Numbered from the whole stretch's first letter, positions 1 to 12,523 are shown. The stretch: DNA of 63,974 nucleotides, filler included, from Cercozoa sp. M6MM (GCA_040357565.1; 15 parts of 15 records of this genome joined end to end with filler, not necessarily neighbours in it); one strand, 5' to 3'. Program-made: numbers and translations. Notes: generated from the letters alone by a model not told the origin.

Positions 1-867
1 CACACTGTGTGAGCAGCAGAATCTGGCGGCGGCGGCCGTGTCGGATGACAAGTCGCTGCGCGTGTGGTCCATGCGGAGCGGCCGTCTGCTGGCCACGCTG
101 ACCGGGCACACCAACAAAGTCTACTCGCTCGCCTTTGTGCCGCCGGCCGATGCCTCGGTGGCGTCGCCTGTGCCGCGTGTGCCGCCCACGTCGTCGTCGT
201 CGTCGTCCGGCAAAAAACCGTCGCTGTTCCGCCGCATGCGGTCGCGTACCTCGTCCATTGCCTCGTCGCGCGACGACGACACCGACGACCTGGGCGGCTG
301 TAATGCCCCTCTTTATATCTATACTACATCTCTAGTGTAACTATAACTACTTTCCATACTATGTATACTGTATTACTATCTATACTATATATCTATATAT
401 GATAGATAACTATAGACTATCTATACTATATATCTATCCATGATAAATAAGTATATACTATATATACTATCCATACTATATATATCTCTAGATATATATA
501 TATGTATAAATGTATGCTGTGGGTGTGCACAGACGAAGCAGGCTCGCTGCTGGTGAGCGGCAGCAACGACCGCACCATCCGCATCTGGGACATTGAGCGC
601 GCCGCCGTGCGACGCAAGCTGCCGTGCAGCAGCAGCTGCAACGCCGTCGCTCTCATGCGCGACGGCGACACCATCGCCAGTGCGCACCTCGACTCCACGT
701 ACGCCTCCCTTCCTCTCCTTCTGCTATGCTGTATATGCCCACACACAGCGTGTGCATCTGGTCGCGCAAGACCGGCGAGACGGTCGCCAAGCTGTCGCAC
801 CTGCACACCGGGCAGACCACGTGCGTCGACTTTGCGCGCGACGGCTCTCTGTGTATACATTAATCTG

Positions 868-898
<31 letters not shown>

Positions 899-1310
899 AC
901 ATACAGATATATATTATATCTCGATAATAATGCACACAGTGGCCGTGAACTCGCGCGACAACTCGATCTCGATCGTCGACACGCGCACCTGGCGGCAGAT
1001 GTACCGACTCACGGCGCGCGGCTTCTCGACGCGCCTTAAGTGGTCCCAGGTCTCGCTGTCGCCCTGCGCGCGCTACGTCTGCGCCGGCAGCGGCAATGGC
1101 CGCGTCTATGTCTGGCGCATCGACGGGCAGGCACCCGGTGGCACCTCCATCTCCGTGCAGGGCCAGCACGGCACCAACTCTGTCACGCTCCTGCAGCAAG
1201 CGCACTCGCAGCTCGCGCTGCCCGACGCTGTCACCTACACGCGCTGGTCGCCGCTGTCATCTACCATAGCCGCCGCCTGCAAGGGCAAGCCCGTCGTGCT
1301 TTTCGAGTAA
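1..1310 (+). CDS. ATG16: ATG16L1-like WD40-repeat autophagy protein, C-terminal part (5' truncated, 4 exons visible)
   Basis: Spliced exons give ...TLTGHTNKV..., VSGSNDRTIRIWD...SSSCN...SAHLD, NSRDNSISIVD...GFSTRLKWSQVSLSPCARYVCAGSGNGRVYVW...KGKPVVLFE*. This follows the ATG16L1 WD40 motifs in order (SGSHDRTLKLWD, SSCND, SGHFD, SRDD, GFK..DWT..FSPDG.YVAAGS). GT-AG introns restore the frame. Confidence 0.8.
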
Positions 1311-1581
1311 CGCCACTTGGCTGCCATGGAGCTCTAGCGTAGCTAGCCGCCTGGCCCGAAGATAGGCTTGTGTAACAATAGTTGCTACCCCGCTCATAGC
1401 CTGGTCTGTGCTGTGCTTGACGTGAACAAAGTAAGTTTACGTTGAACCGAACGCAACGAATTCTCATCGCCAACGTGGGGCCGATCAGATTTAGATTCAA
1501 CTGCCTTCAGTTTGGCAGTCAAGTGACTGCTAGTGAGTGCCGAACCGAGACCACCCATAAAAGGGGTATGAGAAGGAAAGA

Positions 1582-2830
1582 TCACTGGAGCGCCGACCGG
1601 GCGCGTGGCGACGGTTCGTCTCGCGTGTTCTTGCGGGTGCCCGATCGTGACATGGAACGCGAGCCTTGGGTAGCACTAGCACCGGTGGCCGCGAGAGGCT
1701 TCGGGTGCTTGCGCGGCCGTCCGCGCGGACGCTTGGCGGGCCGTGCGGCAGTGTCGGCGGTGCCGTCAATGTCGCGGCGACTGCGGCGTCCAAGTTGTAC
1801 GGCAGTGTCCGCGGACAGCTCGTCGCCCGGCAGCAGGCCACAGCGCTCGCGGATGCGCGTCATGTGCTGCGCCATGCGTCGCGCCGCTTGCTCCTGCCGC
1901 TGGCGTCGCTCCTTCCGCGCGGACGCTCGGTCGGCCTACGGATCAGCCCACAGAGTAACCTTTCATACCCTTCCACACACACACACACACACACACCCAC
2001 ACCCACACCCACACACACACACACAGACACAGACACAGACACAGACACAGACACAGACACAGACACANNNNNNNNNNACACAGACACAGACACAGACACA
2101 GACACAGACACAGACACAGACACACACATAGACACACACAGAGACACAGAGGAAAGTCAAAACACACCTCAATGTCCTGTAGCATCTGGGCAGAGATCGT
2201 AGACACGGCACGACCTGGACATGGGGCAGGATAGGATAGGATAGGGTAGGGTAGGGTAGGGTAGAGACTACCCCTGGCATCGAATGCCAGCAAGGCGAGT
2301 GACGGGTTGCGTCGCTGTTGCCGCGTGTACCGTGTCTGCGGCGCCGGCGCGTTCTCCTGCTCCGTGCGCGGGTGGGCGGCACCCTCGACGATGCGCACCT
2401 CGTGCTGCTCGGCCAGCGCCGTCAGCGACTCGTCCGTGATGCGACGCAACACATCGTTGAACGAACTCATGGCGCGCTTCAACTCTTGCGACGACATACG
2501 CGGTATCTGCTCCACCTCAGGCAGGCCCGTGCGATCTGCAGACGGCGGCGGAAAATGGCACAACTAGTGCCCCCCCCCCCCCCCCCCGCAATGCATTCAT
2601 TTTGTACCAAACACATCTATGTCGCTGAAAATGTCCTCCATTCTGTATGATACAAAATCAAAACCAACAAAGTGACCGGATGAGCTAAGCGTGCTGCCAA
2701 GCAGCAATCCTTGACCCTAAAATTGGGAGTTTTGGGCCGTTTTTAAGCGCGCGAGCCGGACACGAGTGAGCCGGCAACCGGACACGCGAGCGATACTGTA
2801 GAGCTGCTTGCCTGTCAGATCCAAAGGCAT
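1582..2830 (-). CDS. Hypothetical AT-hook protein (multi-exon; start uncertain)
   Basis: The last exon encodes PAKRPRGRPRKHP, a canonical AT-hook. Upstream exons (..LPEVEQIPRMSSQELKRA.., GRAVSTISAQMLQDIE, ADRASARKERRQ..) join in frame over GT-AG introns. Confidence 0.5.
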
Positions 2831-3012
2831 AGAGTTCAGTGCACAGCGTTGTGCAGCAGGTGCGTTGGTGCACTGGTTGTTGTGACAACAAAGGGCGTCT
2901 TCCTTCTCAACAAAAGCGAGACACACGTGATCACAAAAGCAGCAGCAGCAGCAAGGGGAAACACAAGAAGTCAGTTGTGTTCCTGTCTCGGCAGTCAGTC
3001 AAACATACAGTC

Positions 3013-4195
3013 ATGGGTCTTGTTGCCTCAGTCTTTAGACGCGATCCCGTAGGGCCTGCTTTGTGTGGGTGTGCCAGAGTCCGGGGGGTGTTTGCATGTG
3101 CGTGCATGTGCATGTGTGTCGATACGGGGGCAGTTGCGCGACGTCGTGATCGACTTTGACGGCGCGCGGCCGGCGTCGAGTGACCAGGGACTGTACGACC
3201 TGGCTACGGAGCTGCTGGAGCGCGGCGCCGAGCTGCTGGCGCAGGTGCAGCACTACGAGCCCAAGCCCGAGTATATCCGGCGCGCGCTGAGCGACAATTC
3301 TGCCGTGGCCGAGGCCGAGGCGTTCGAGGCCGTGCGGCCCAACGTGGACCTCGTGGCTGGTTGGTGGCGTTTCTCCAAGGAACTGGAGGAGGTGATGCCG
3401 CGCATGTTCGGCGCCATGGTGCCATCCGACTCGTCGCAGTCGGCAGCGGCTGCCATTGCTGCCAAGCAGGTAGTGTTTACCCCCTGCCCCCGGCCCCCTG
3501 CCTCCTGCCTCACTCCTACCCGACCCCTACCTCTGCCCCTACCCCTTAGCCTTTACCTCCCTACCCCACAGGCACTGGGCCGCCGACTGGCGGAACTGCT
3601 CGAGTTCGTGATTCGCTTCGATGAGCTCAAGATGGGTCAGCCCGGCATTCAGAACGACATGTCCTTCTACCGCCGCTCGCTCGGCAAGCACGCGCACGAA
3701 CAGGTGGGGCACTGTTTTACCCCTTACCCCCTAACCCCAGCCTTACCCCCTGTTACAGCTCACGGTGCGCGAGGACGATGCGTCCTTCATCTCGCTGTTC
3801 CTGGCGAACCACATTCCTTTCATGACCGCGACGGCCAAGGCCATGGCGGTAGACTTTCCCCCCCCCCCCCGTTACCCCTGGTTAACCCCCCCCCCCACCA
3901 CCACCACACAGGAGGCGTCGAGGGAACGTCAGGAGTTGCTACAGAGTGTGAGTGACTTCACTAACGCCTGCACATCCATTGTGCGTCTCGGCAAGTTCGA
4001 TCCCGAGTCGCCGCACAACCTCCTGTGTAGGCTTGTCTGACCCCTGACCCCTGACCCCTGACCCCTGACCCCCTAACCCCTCTGACCTCTCCCCTTGACC
4101 CTTTGACATCTCCCCATTGACCCTGACCGCTAACCCGCCCTTTGCCTCGTAGGCCTGCGAGCAATGGCGGCCGGTATCGTGCTGTTCGACCACTG
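3013..4195 (+). CDS. CYRI: CYRI/FAM49 (CYFIP-related Rac1 interactor), 3' truncated
   Basis: MG N-terminus (myristoylation-like), DVVIDFDGARP, KQALGRRLAELLEFVIRFDELKMGQPGIQNDMSFYRR (family hallmark QNDFSYYRR), ISLFLA..PFM, LRAMAAGIVLFDH. Confidence 0.9.
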
Positions 4196-4300
4196 TGTAT
4201 GTCTCTGCTTGACCTCTAACCCCCTGACCTCTAACCCCCTGACCTCTAACCCCCTGNNNNNNNNNNNNNNNNNNNNNNNNNNNNNNNNNNNNNNNNNNNN

Positions 4301-4312
4301 TTAATTAATTAA
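4301..4312. other. Artificial contig linker TTAATTAATTAA flanked by N runs. Also at 5717, 12428, 18557, 23283, 28524, 29834, 38200, 41366, 44164, 51775, 53841, 61503 and 62874.
   Basis: An identical 12-mer with stops in all six frames, always embedded in N runs. Genes are truncated at these points. Confidence 0.97.
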
Positions 4313-4544
4313 NNNNNNNNNNNNNNNNNNNNNNNNNNNNNNNNNNNNNNNNNNNNCCCCCCCCCCAGGACGTATCCCGATGGAGCTGCCGCCGGCGCTG
4401 AGCAGTCAGCGCTCGCGACTGCGACTGCGCGGCGATCGCGTCCACGTGGCGCAGAGCGACGTCACGTTGGCCGAGGCTGATGTAGGACTTTGGCTGTGTC
4501 GCTTTCTCACTCAAGCGAAGCAACTCGACTCGGTTGAGTCGACT

Positions 4545-4766
4545 TGAGTTGAGTTGAGTTGAGTTGAGTTGAGTTGGGTTGAGTTGAGTTGAGTTGAGTT
4601 GAAATTCTTTGCTTTCAGTTGGGTTGAGTTGCTTTGAGTTGAGTTGAGTTGGGTTGAGTTGAGTTGAGTTGGGTTGAGTTGAGTTGGGTTGAGTTGCTTT
4701 GAGTTGAGTTGCTTTGAGTTGAGTTGAGTTGCTTTGAGTTGAGTTGAGTTGCTTTGAGTTGAGTTG
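4545..4766 (+). repeat. (GAGTT)n pentanucleotide microsatellite in an intron; second copy at about 5450-5672
   Basis: Direct reading: GAGTT tandem with GGGTT and GCTTT variants. Confidence 0.95.
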
Positions 4767-4915
4767 NNNNNNNNNNNNNNNNNNNNNNNNNNNNNNNNNN
4801 NNNNNNNNNNNNNNNNNNNNNNNNNNNNNNNNNNNNNNNNNNNNNNNNNNNNNNNNNNNNNNNNNNCCCCCCTGTTTACCCCCCTTACCCCCTTACCCCC
4901 TGTGTTGTTGCGACA

Positions 4916-5387
4916 GTCGCGCGACGCTTTTTTCGGCGCAGCGCGCCGTTTTGGTGCCGGCGCGACTGATCGTTAGTGAGACACGTGTCAGTGAGGGGAC
5001 ACGTGCCAGTGGGACACGTGCCAGTGGGACACGTGCCAGCGACTCGTGGACACTGGTGGCGGCGCAGGAAATCTCGCTGACGCAGTGCAACGTTTTGCGC
5101 ATCTCCGACACGGCCAGTGGTAGTTTTACCCCCCTGTTTACCCCCCTGTTTACCCCCCCCCCNNNNNNNNNNNNNNNNNNNNNNNNNNNNNNNNNNNNNN
5201 NNNNNNNNNNNNNNNNNNNNNNNNNNNNNNNNNNNNNNNNNNNNNNNNNNNNNNNNNNNNNNCCCCCCCCCCAGGACGTATCCCGATGGAGCTGCCGCCG
5301 GCGCTGAGCAGTCAGCGCTCGCGACTGCGACTGCGCGGCGATCGCGTCCACGTGGCGCAGAGCGACGTCACGTTGGCCGAGGCTGAT
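4916..5387 (+). CDS. Two internal exons of a hypothetical protein
   Basis: Exon SRATLFSAQ...RISDTAS-G joins in phase 1 across the gap to G-RIPMELPPALSSQRSRLRLRGDRVHVAQSDVTLAEAD, with AG/GT boundaries. Confidence 0.45.
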
Positions 5388-5793
5388 GTAGGACTTTGGC
5401 TGTGTCGCTTTCTCACTCAAGCGAAGCAACTCGACTCGGTTGAGTCGACTTGAGTTGAGTTGAGTTGAGTTGAGTTGAGTTGGGTTGAGTTGAGTTGAGT
5501 TGAGTTGAAATTCTTTGCTTTCAGTTGGGTTGAGTTGCTTTGAGTTGAGTTGAGTTGGGTTGAGTTGAGTTGAGTTGGGTTGAGTTGAGTTGGGTTGAGT
5601 TGCTTTGAGTTGAGTTGCTTTGAGTTGAGTTGAGTTGCTTTGAGTTGAGTTGAGTTGCTTTGAGTTGAGTTGNNNNNNNNNNNNNNNNNNNNNNNNNNNN
5701 NNNNNNNNNNNNNNNNTTAATTAATTAANNNNNNNNNNNNNNNNNNNNNNNNNNNNNNNNNNNNNNNNNNNNCCCCCCCCCCCCCCGCGCAGA

Positions 5794-6050
5794 GTTTCCT
5801 GGCCGTGATGCTGCTGGTGTTTGCGTTGCTGGTGCCTGCGCAACGCTTCCAGCCGCGCAAGACTTTTGTACTTCCCTCTTACCCCCCTACCTACCCCCTC
5901 CCCTACCTACCCGCTCCCCTACTTACCCCCTTCTTACCCTAACCCCTGCAGGCACTGGCACTGGTGTGTCTGTACCTGGTGTTCTTCCTGCTGCAAGTGG
6001 CGCACTCCATCTGGTCCGTCGATGACGACTTCTCTGTGCACGGGCGGTGA
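5794..6050 (+). CDS. Cation/Ca2+ exchanger (NCLX/CCX-like) C-terminus
   Basis: FLAVMLLVFALLVPAQRFQPRKTF|ALALVCLYLVFFLLQV...* resembles the last two TM helices of NCLX/CCX (VP...F.L.R..G..L...Y). Confidence 0.6.
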
Positions 6051-6450
6051 CTTTGGAGGATCCGACTGGCTGGCACGTGCACTGATCGATCATGAGCCGA
6101 CTGGTCACGTGCGCTATTAGCAGGCTTTTGCTTTTCTTTGATACCGTATTGTAGCAAGAGGAACTTATCGTATGACCGACCAGTTCCGTTCATCAACTGC
6201 AAAGCACTGTAGTGAATCAACTAGTACTCAGTCCTAGTTGTACTCAGTCCTGGTACAGTAGAGAGGGTGTACTACCCTAAGCGGGCGGTAGATACCCATC
6301 CCACCAGATTGAACTAGTACTTGACCTCCGTGAGTTGGTTACTATCTAACGAGTAAGGTGATCAAACAATAGGCCGCGCCAGTCAACCAAGGCAGTGCTA
6401 GTAACGTAATTTGAATATTTCTTTAAAGACGAGACAAGGCATGTTGAAGC

Positions 6451-7703
6451 TCATGCGATGCGCTCGATGATGTGCAGGCCGCTGGCGGTGTCGACAATGC
6501 CGCTGATCTCGCCGACAGCGAGAGCGAAGGAGGCCTCTTCGAAGGCGGGCTGCATCTGGCCGCGCTGGAAGAAGCCGAGGTCGCCACCTCGGTGAGCCGA
6601 GTTGCAGTGCGACCGCTTGCGCGCGATCTCGTCGAAGCGCGCGCCGTCCTGCACGAGCTGCTCGCGAATGGCAGTCAGTGCCTCGCGTGCCTCCTCCTTG
6701 CTCCGTGTGACGCGCTTCTCGAGCCACGACTGTACTCATCAGTCAAGCACACGTGACATAACACAAAAGCAAGACTTTGCAAAGCTTGACGCACACTGGG
6801 TCGGCGCGAGTCGCGGTGCTTGATTAGAATGTGTCGCACCCGCACCTGCGTCACCTGAGCCAACGAGAAGCACTTTCAGATACAAGAAAGTTGAGTTGAA
6901 AGCAAGCTCAATTGAAAGCAAGTTGAGTTAAGCAAGCTCAGTTGAAGCAAACTGAACTCGTTCAGTAAAGAGTCCAGGAGAAAACTGGAGCAAAAACGGA
7001 CCTTTTGCTTTTTCAGGGCGGGCTCACTTGAGGAAGCATCTGGTTTCGGCTGTCTTCGTCGCACCACGGTTCGATAGACTCGTTCCGACGCAGCGAATCG
7101 AATCCTGATCCACAGGCAGAAACACATCAAAGGACAGGAAACAGAAGAAGGTGTCTCCCATTTCGGCAGAGCTCACCTTGCACCGTTCCGCAGGAGATAC
7201 CGCTCATGCGGCTTGAGTCGTTGGTTGTCCAGGAAGGTGCCGTGTCTGCTGCCTTTGCATTTCACAAGCCACAGTGACTCATCAAAAATACAAGAAACGT
7301 CAAAAATGCAAGAAGGATATACAGAAGCTAGAAAACAAAAAAAAAAACAAACCGAGATCGACGACGTAAACGTTGCCGCTTTTGCCGTGCAGCACCATGG
7401 CGTGCAATCGCGACAAGGTTTCGTTCTCACATACCTAGATTTTCAAGACTCCTGTAGTCAAACAGGAACTGTAAAAAAACGTACAACGTCGCATTTGTCG
7501 TCTCTGCCAAAGATGGTCACTTTCTTCTCTGACTGCAAGTGTCACTGCCACTCAAAGGTCCTCCCAGCTACCTCCAGTTAAAGACCAAACACCAACTCGA
7601 TCGTCTCAATGTCTTCGCCATCTTTGGTGACCTGGAAACGCGCCAGAATCCTGGGCGAAGGTTCGGCGCTCCAATCGGGAATCTCGGGCAACTCGACGGC
7701 CAT
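6451..7703 (-). CDS. FHA domain + Pin1-type parvulin peptidyl-prolyl isomerase
   Basis: FHA motifs IFGR, LSRLHA, DL-GSRHGTFLD. PPIase VRVRHILIKHRDSRRPSSW...SHCNSAHRGGDLGFFQRGQMQPAFEEASFALAVGEISGIVDTASGLHIIERIA*. Complete gene, about 6 introns. Confidence 0.92.
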
Positions 7704-7967
7704 TGCGAACGCTTGAATTCCAGACCCAGCTTCACAAAAGCAAAAATAAATGCAACGTTCGGCAACGCAAACGCCAGATGATTGGCAAAAAATACCAGCC
7801 CAACGAAACAAGCGAAAGAGTGTCTTACGCAAACTCTGACGTTTCGTGCTACGCTTTCAAAATGGTGGTCGTTGCTGGGGCTCAATGAAGCCATGAGCCC
7901 ATGGCTTGCTGGGTTTTTGTGGGCTATCGGCATTCAGAGTGGCGTAGGACTGTGTGCACAGTTTTAG

Positions 7968-10900
7968 ATGAAGGCCAGAGCATCAGATGTGCTCGATCTG
8001 CTTCATGCAGAGTTCGAACGCGACACAGCAATCAATGAAAAAGTCAGTTTTGTTTGCTTTTGCTTTGGACTCAAATATCTGTGTCCGCGCGTAGGAGAGC
8101 AGAGAAACGCCGCAAACCAAGGTCGGCCAGTTATTGAAAAGATCGAAGAAGTCTCGCCGATGGAAAGCGATCGAGTACTCTGTCTGTTTGTGCATCGGTG
8201 CTGTCATAAGTTGGTTGGTTGCAGCTGCACACTCCAGCAAGGCAGATTGGTGCTACACAAGCGAGGAAAGAATGTTACGATTGTTCTAAACTCCGAAACG
8301 CGTGTTGCTCCCGTTCCTGTACCAGTTCCCTGTGTTCGCGCCATGGTGGACTGATGTGCATGGGAGGTGTACTGCATGCAGAAAGACAAGTACGGCAGGG
8401 AAGGCGTCTTCAAGATCGAAACTGGCAGCGAAAAGATTGTTCTACAAGCCAACGCGACTGAGGTGTTTTCTTTCCTCTGTTCTTTTGCTTGTTCTTGTTT
8501 GTTTTGTTTGAAAAATGCGTGCAAATGCAGGCGCAACAGTGGGTGCGTGCACTGCAAGAGAGCGCGATTTTCGGCACCAGCAAGCGACCGTAGTTTTTGT
8601 TTCGATCTAATCTGACGCATGCTTACTTATTTTCTAGTCGACTGGGGGATTCGAAAGTGCAAGAAAAATACGAGCGACTGTGCGCTGCCATGGAAGGCTC
8701 CGTTATCGACTGTACTGTTCAGTTGTTCAGTTCGTCTTACAACAAACTTGTGATGCCTGTGTTTGTACAGTGGAGGAGGAAGACCAGCAGATCGCGACGT
8801 TTTCTTCGATGAACGCTGCTGTAACTCGCAGTTTCGTTTTGTTCTTGCTTTACCCTTTTTATTGTTTGAACTTTGAACAAAGGTGCTGGACGCTCGCGCG
8901 GACTACTTTGACAGCACGCAACTGGTACCGAGGCTGAGACACTAAAATGTCACTGTGTAGGCATGCTCCCTGTCAGTAGCACATTAACCTGACTGCCGGT
9001 GCCGACACTTTAACCTGCAGTTCGGTGCTGCCGCAGCTGCAGCAGGCCGTGTGTGCCACGTCGGACGCTCTCACCAGTCGCATACACACCATGTCGTTCT
9101 CCAACTGTGTGTTGCCTGTGGAATTTTATTGTGTTTAGACCATGTTTAGTGTGTGCGAATAGTATCTTCTCGCGAGTGCGCAAGAACTGATGGCGAAATC
9201 ACTGCATTGCACGCTTTCTTGGATTGTAAGCTTTCTTCAGTTCGTTCTTTTTTCAGTCTTTGAAAATCAGTGTTTTTTGAATCAATCGGTCTTTTTAACT
9301 CAGACCAAAACCAAGCTCAGTGCTGCGTCGGAAAGAGCGATGGAACACTGGCATTCTGCGATCTGCAAACAGGTTTGTTTTTGCAAACAAGGTTGTTTCT
9401 TTTTGTGAAATTTAATGTGGGTCCAACAGGAAATTTTACGCCAGTTGATATGGGCTCAGACGACCTGTGTAAAGCACTTTTATTTGACCAGTTTCTCGTT
9501 TTTTAGCAGTTAAACACAGTCAGGTTTGATGGAGCACCTCTACCTGGCACCTGGGTGTCCAAACAGTAGGTTTTCCTGTGTTTTTCGGTATGATCAACTG
9601 ATTCTTTCTTTTTTTTTCTAGGCGAGTCTGGGACGTCAGCGGCAACACTGGCGGGCGGCACGTGGCGGCTTGTGTTCGCGGCAATGTGGTGCTGTGTGAT
9701 GTGCAGCAGCAGCGCGGTATCACCGATTTGGTTGGTCTAACTGGCTGCTCAGTTTTTGTTCATTCAGTTTTTTCATTCAGTTTTTTCTTTCAGTCTTTGT
9801 TCGTTCAGTTTTTGTTCAGTCGCTTTTCCATTCAATTCAGTTTCTTTCGTTGAGTTTTTTCACATTCAATTTTCTCAGTCACGTTTTTGTTTTCTGTTTT
9901 TTCCATCGGTTTTTGACTGAGTTTGCATTCCCTATTTTCGTCCAGTTTATTCATACATTTTCTTCACTCAGTTTTGCTTCAGTTGTCGTATTTCGTTGCT
10001 TTTCAATACTCTTGTAGTCAGTGGATTGTTGATTCAGATCGTTTCTTCTGTTTGCTTCATTTTAACCCGTGTGTGGCAGTGTGGTGGCGAAACCCAGTGT
10101 CGTCGGCCGACGTGCTGTGTCTCGCCTGGGGCAGCACGACCACACTGGCTACTGTACCTTTTTGTTTAAGGCTGCGAATGTGTCCATTTGTACCAAACAT
10201 GGAAGGCCGGCAACTCTCAAGTGGTCAAGGTGCTCGACGTGCGCACGCGAAAGGCGACGTTTTCCGCTCTGGCTCACGGCGCTCCGGTACGTCCAGTCTG
10301 TACCATTGTCGAGGTCCATGTGTATCGTCCTGGTGTCTGTTCTGGTGTACCGTCCGAGTATACCGTCCGTCTTGTACAGGTGCGCAAGGTGGCCTGGAGT
10401 CCGGCCGAGTCGTACCTGCTTGCCAGTGCCGGCGATGACATGGTACACTCTCTCTCTCTCTCTCTCTCTGTATGTACTACCTGTACTGTCCATATGAACG
10501 GTTCGTATGGACGGTCCATGATGAACGGTTCGTATGGACGGTTCGTATGTAGGACATTTGCATCTGGGACGTGCGCGCCGGCGGCGAAAAAGCGCTGCTG
10601 CAGCGCGTGGCTGCGCACTCGGTGCGGTACCTTCTGGGGGGGTAAAGGGTAGGGGGTAAAACGGGGCTACGTAGGCACCGGTGACGGCACTAGCATTCGC
10701 GCCGTCGCACAGCGATCTACTCGTGTCGGGTGCACAGGATCGCACCTTCCGCTGGATCAACTGGTGTGTGTGTGTATGTGTGTATATGTGTGTTGTATAT
10801 GTGATGTGTATGTGTATGTGTATGTTTATGTTTATGTATGTGTATGTGTGTTATGTATGTGATGTGTATGTGTATGTGTATGTGTATGTATGTCTGTGTG

Positions 10901-12363
10901 TGTGTATACGTGTGCGCGTGTGTGTGTCTATACATTGGTATAGTATGTGTGTGAACGTATATGTATGTGTGTGGACGTATATGTATGTGTATTTCTGAAC
11001 TGAAATGTGTGTATGTATGTATCAATGTCTATCAGATACCTCCATCTGTATGTGTTCTGTAGATGTATCTATATATATATATATAAACATATATATGTAT
11101 TTATATGTATATTCCCAGAGACTTATGTGTACTAACAGGAGAGAAGACCTGGCGCCCCGTCACATTGTCGCCTCCGTGTCGGTATCCACGAATTCTCGTA
11201 TTTTCCCAGTCACTCGGTCAGAGAGAAAGATACGGGAAATCGGCAGACCACGTGGCCCGTCGTCGGCGTCGATTTCTGTGACGATTTCGGCGTTTGCGCC
11301 GCCGCTGCCGACGGCACGCTGCACCTGCAGGTTTACCCCCCCCCCCCCCCCACCCCTTTACCCTGCTTACCTTCCTCTTCGCCCCCATTTACCCCCTTCC
11401 CCCAGAGAGTGAGACCGGAGCTGGTGGACGCCATGGCACCGCGTGTGCCGCCTTCTGGTTCGTCTTTGTCTCTGCCTGTGTCTGTACATGTATAGATATA
11501 TTTGTGTATGTCGATATGTATATATGTATATGTGTATATGTATGTGTATATGTGTATATGTATATGTGTGTATATATGCATGTATGGATGTATGTCTTGA
11601 CAGACCAGGCCACCGACGACCACGCTGAACAGCAAGGTAGCCATATATACATACACATGTGTATATATGTATCCTTATTCATATACACTATGTGCATATA
11701 ATGTAATATATATGATGCAGTCGTGAGTGCGCAATACCGACGCGACATTGCCGCCGCCGGTGCCTTCTCTTATCTATACATATAAGGATATATGCATATA
11801 AGGATATATGCATATAAGGATGTATGCATATATAGGGGTATCTGCATTTATAGTGATATACATATAAGAATAAGGACATATAGATAATGTAATATACATA
11901 CATGTATGTATGTATACATGTCTATATGCACATATATGTGTGCATGCATGTACATGGCAGTTCTGGCGGCCACACGTTGCTGCGAAAACTGGTGGAAACG
12001 CCTCCTGCTGCAAGATAGGTGTCTTGCTCTATGGGGGGGGTGAATAGGGCGTGTGAATAGGGAGAGGGGGGTAAAACCGTGGCCAGTAGCGAGGAGCTGC
12101 AGTGCCGCAGCGAGCGCGTCTTGGCGTTGCTGCAGACTTCGCTGGACGACTTCTGGCGTCTCCTGAGTGACGACGCCGATTTCGATCTCGGTAACTTTTT
12201 CACACATCACTTGACACGTGCCAACTGAGCACACGTGTGTCCACTGAACACGTGCCAACTGAGTGAATGAAAGCAGAGGTGCCACACAGCACAATGGCGC
12301 GTCTGGCGGCGGCGAATTTTCGCATTCGACTGCGGCGACATCTCCTGCTCGAGAATGTTCAAG
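7968..12363 (+). CDS. PH-domain + WD40-repeat protein, many exons, 3' truncated
   Basis: PH-like: GQLLKRSKKSRRWK..., FKIETGSEKIVLQA..., AQQWVRAL. WD40: VRKVAWSPAESYLLASAGDDM|DICIWDVR, VTALAFAPSHSDLLVSGAQDRTFR. Start could be slightly upstream. Confidence 0.7.
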
Positions 12364-12523
12364 GTTCGTTCTGGGGGGGGGGGNNNNNNNNNNNNNNNNN
12401 NNNNNNNNNNNNNNNNNNNNNNNNNNNTTAATTAATTAANNNNNNNNNNNNNNNNNNNNNNNNNNNNNNNNNNNNNNNNNNNNCCTACCCCCTACCCCCT
12501 ACCCCTACCCCTACCCCCGGGCA

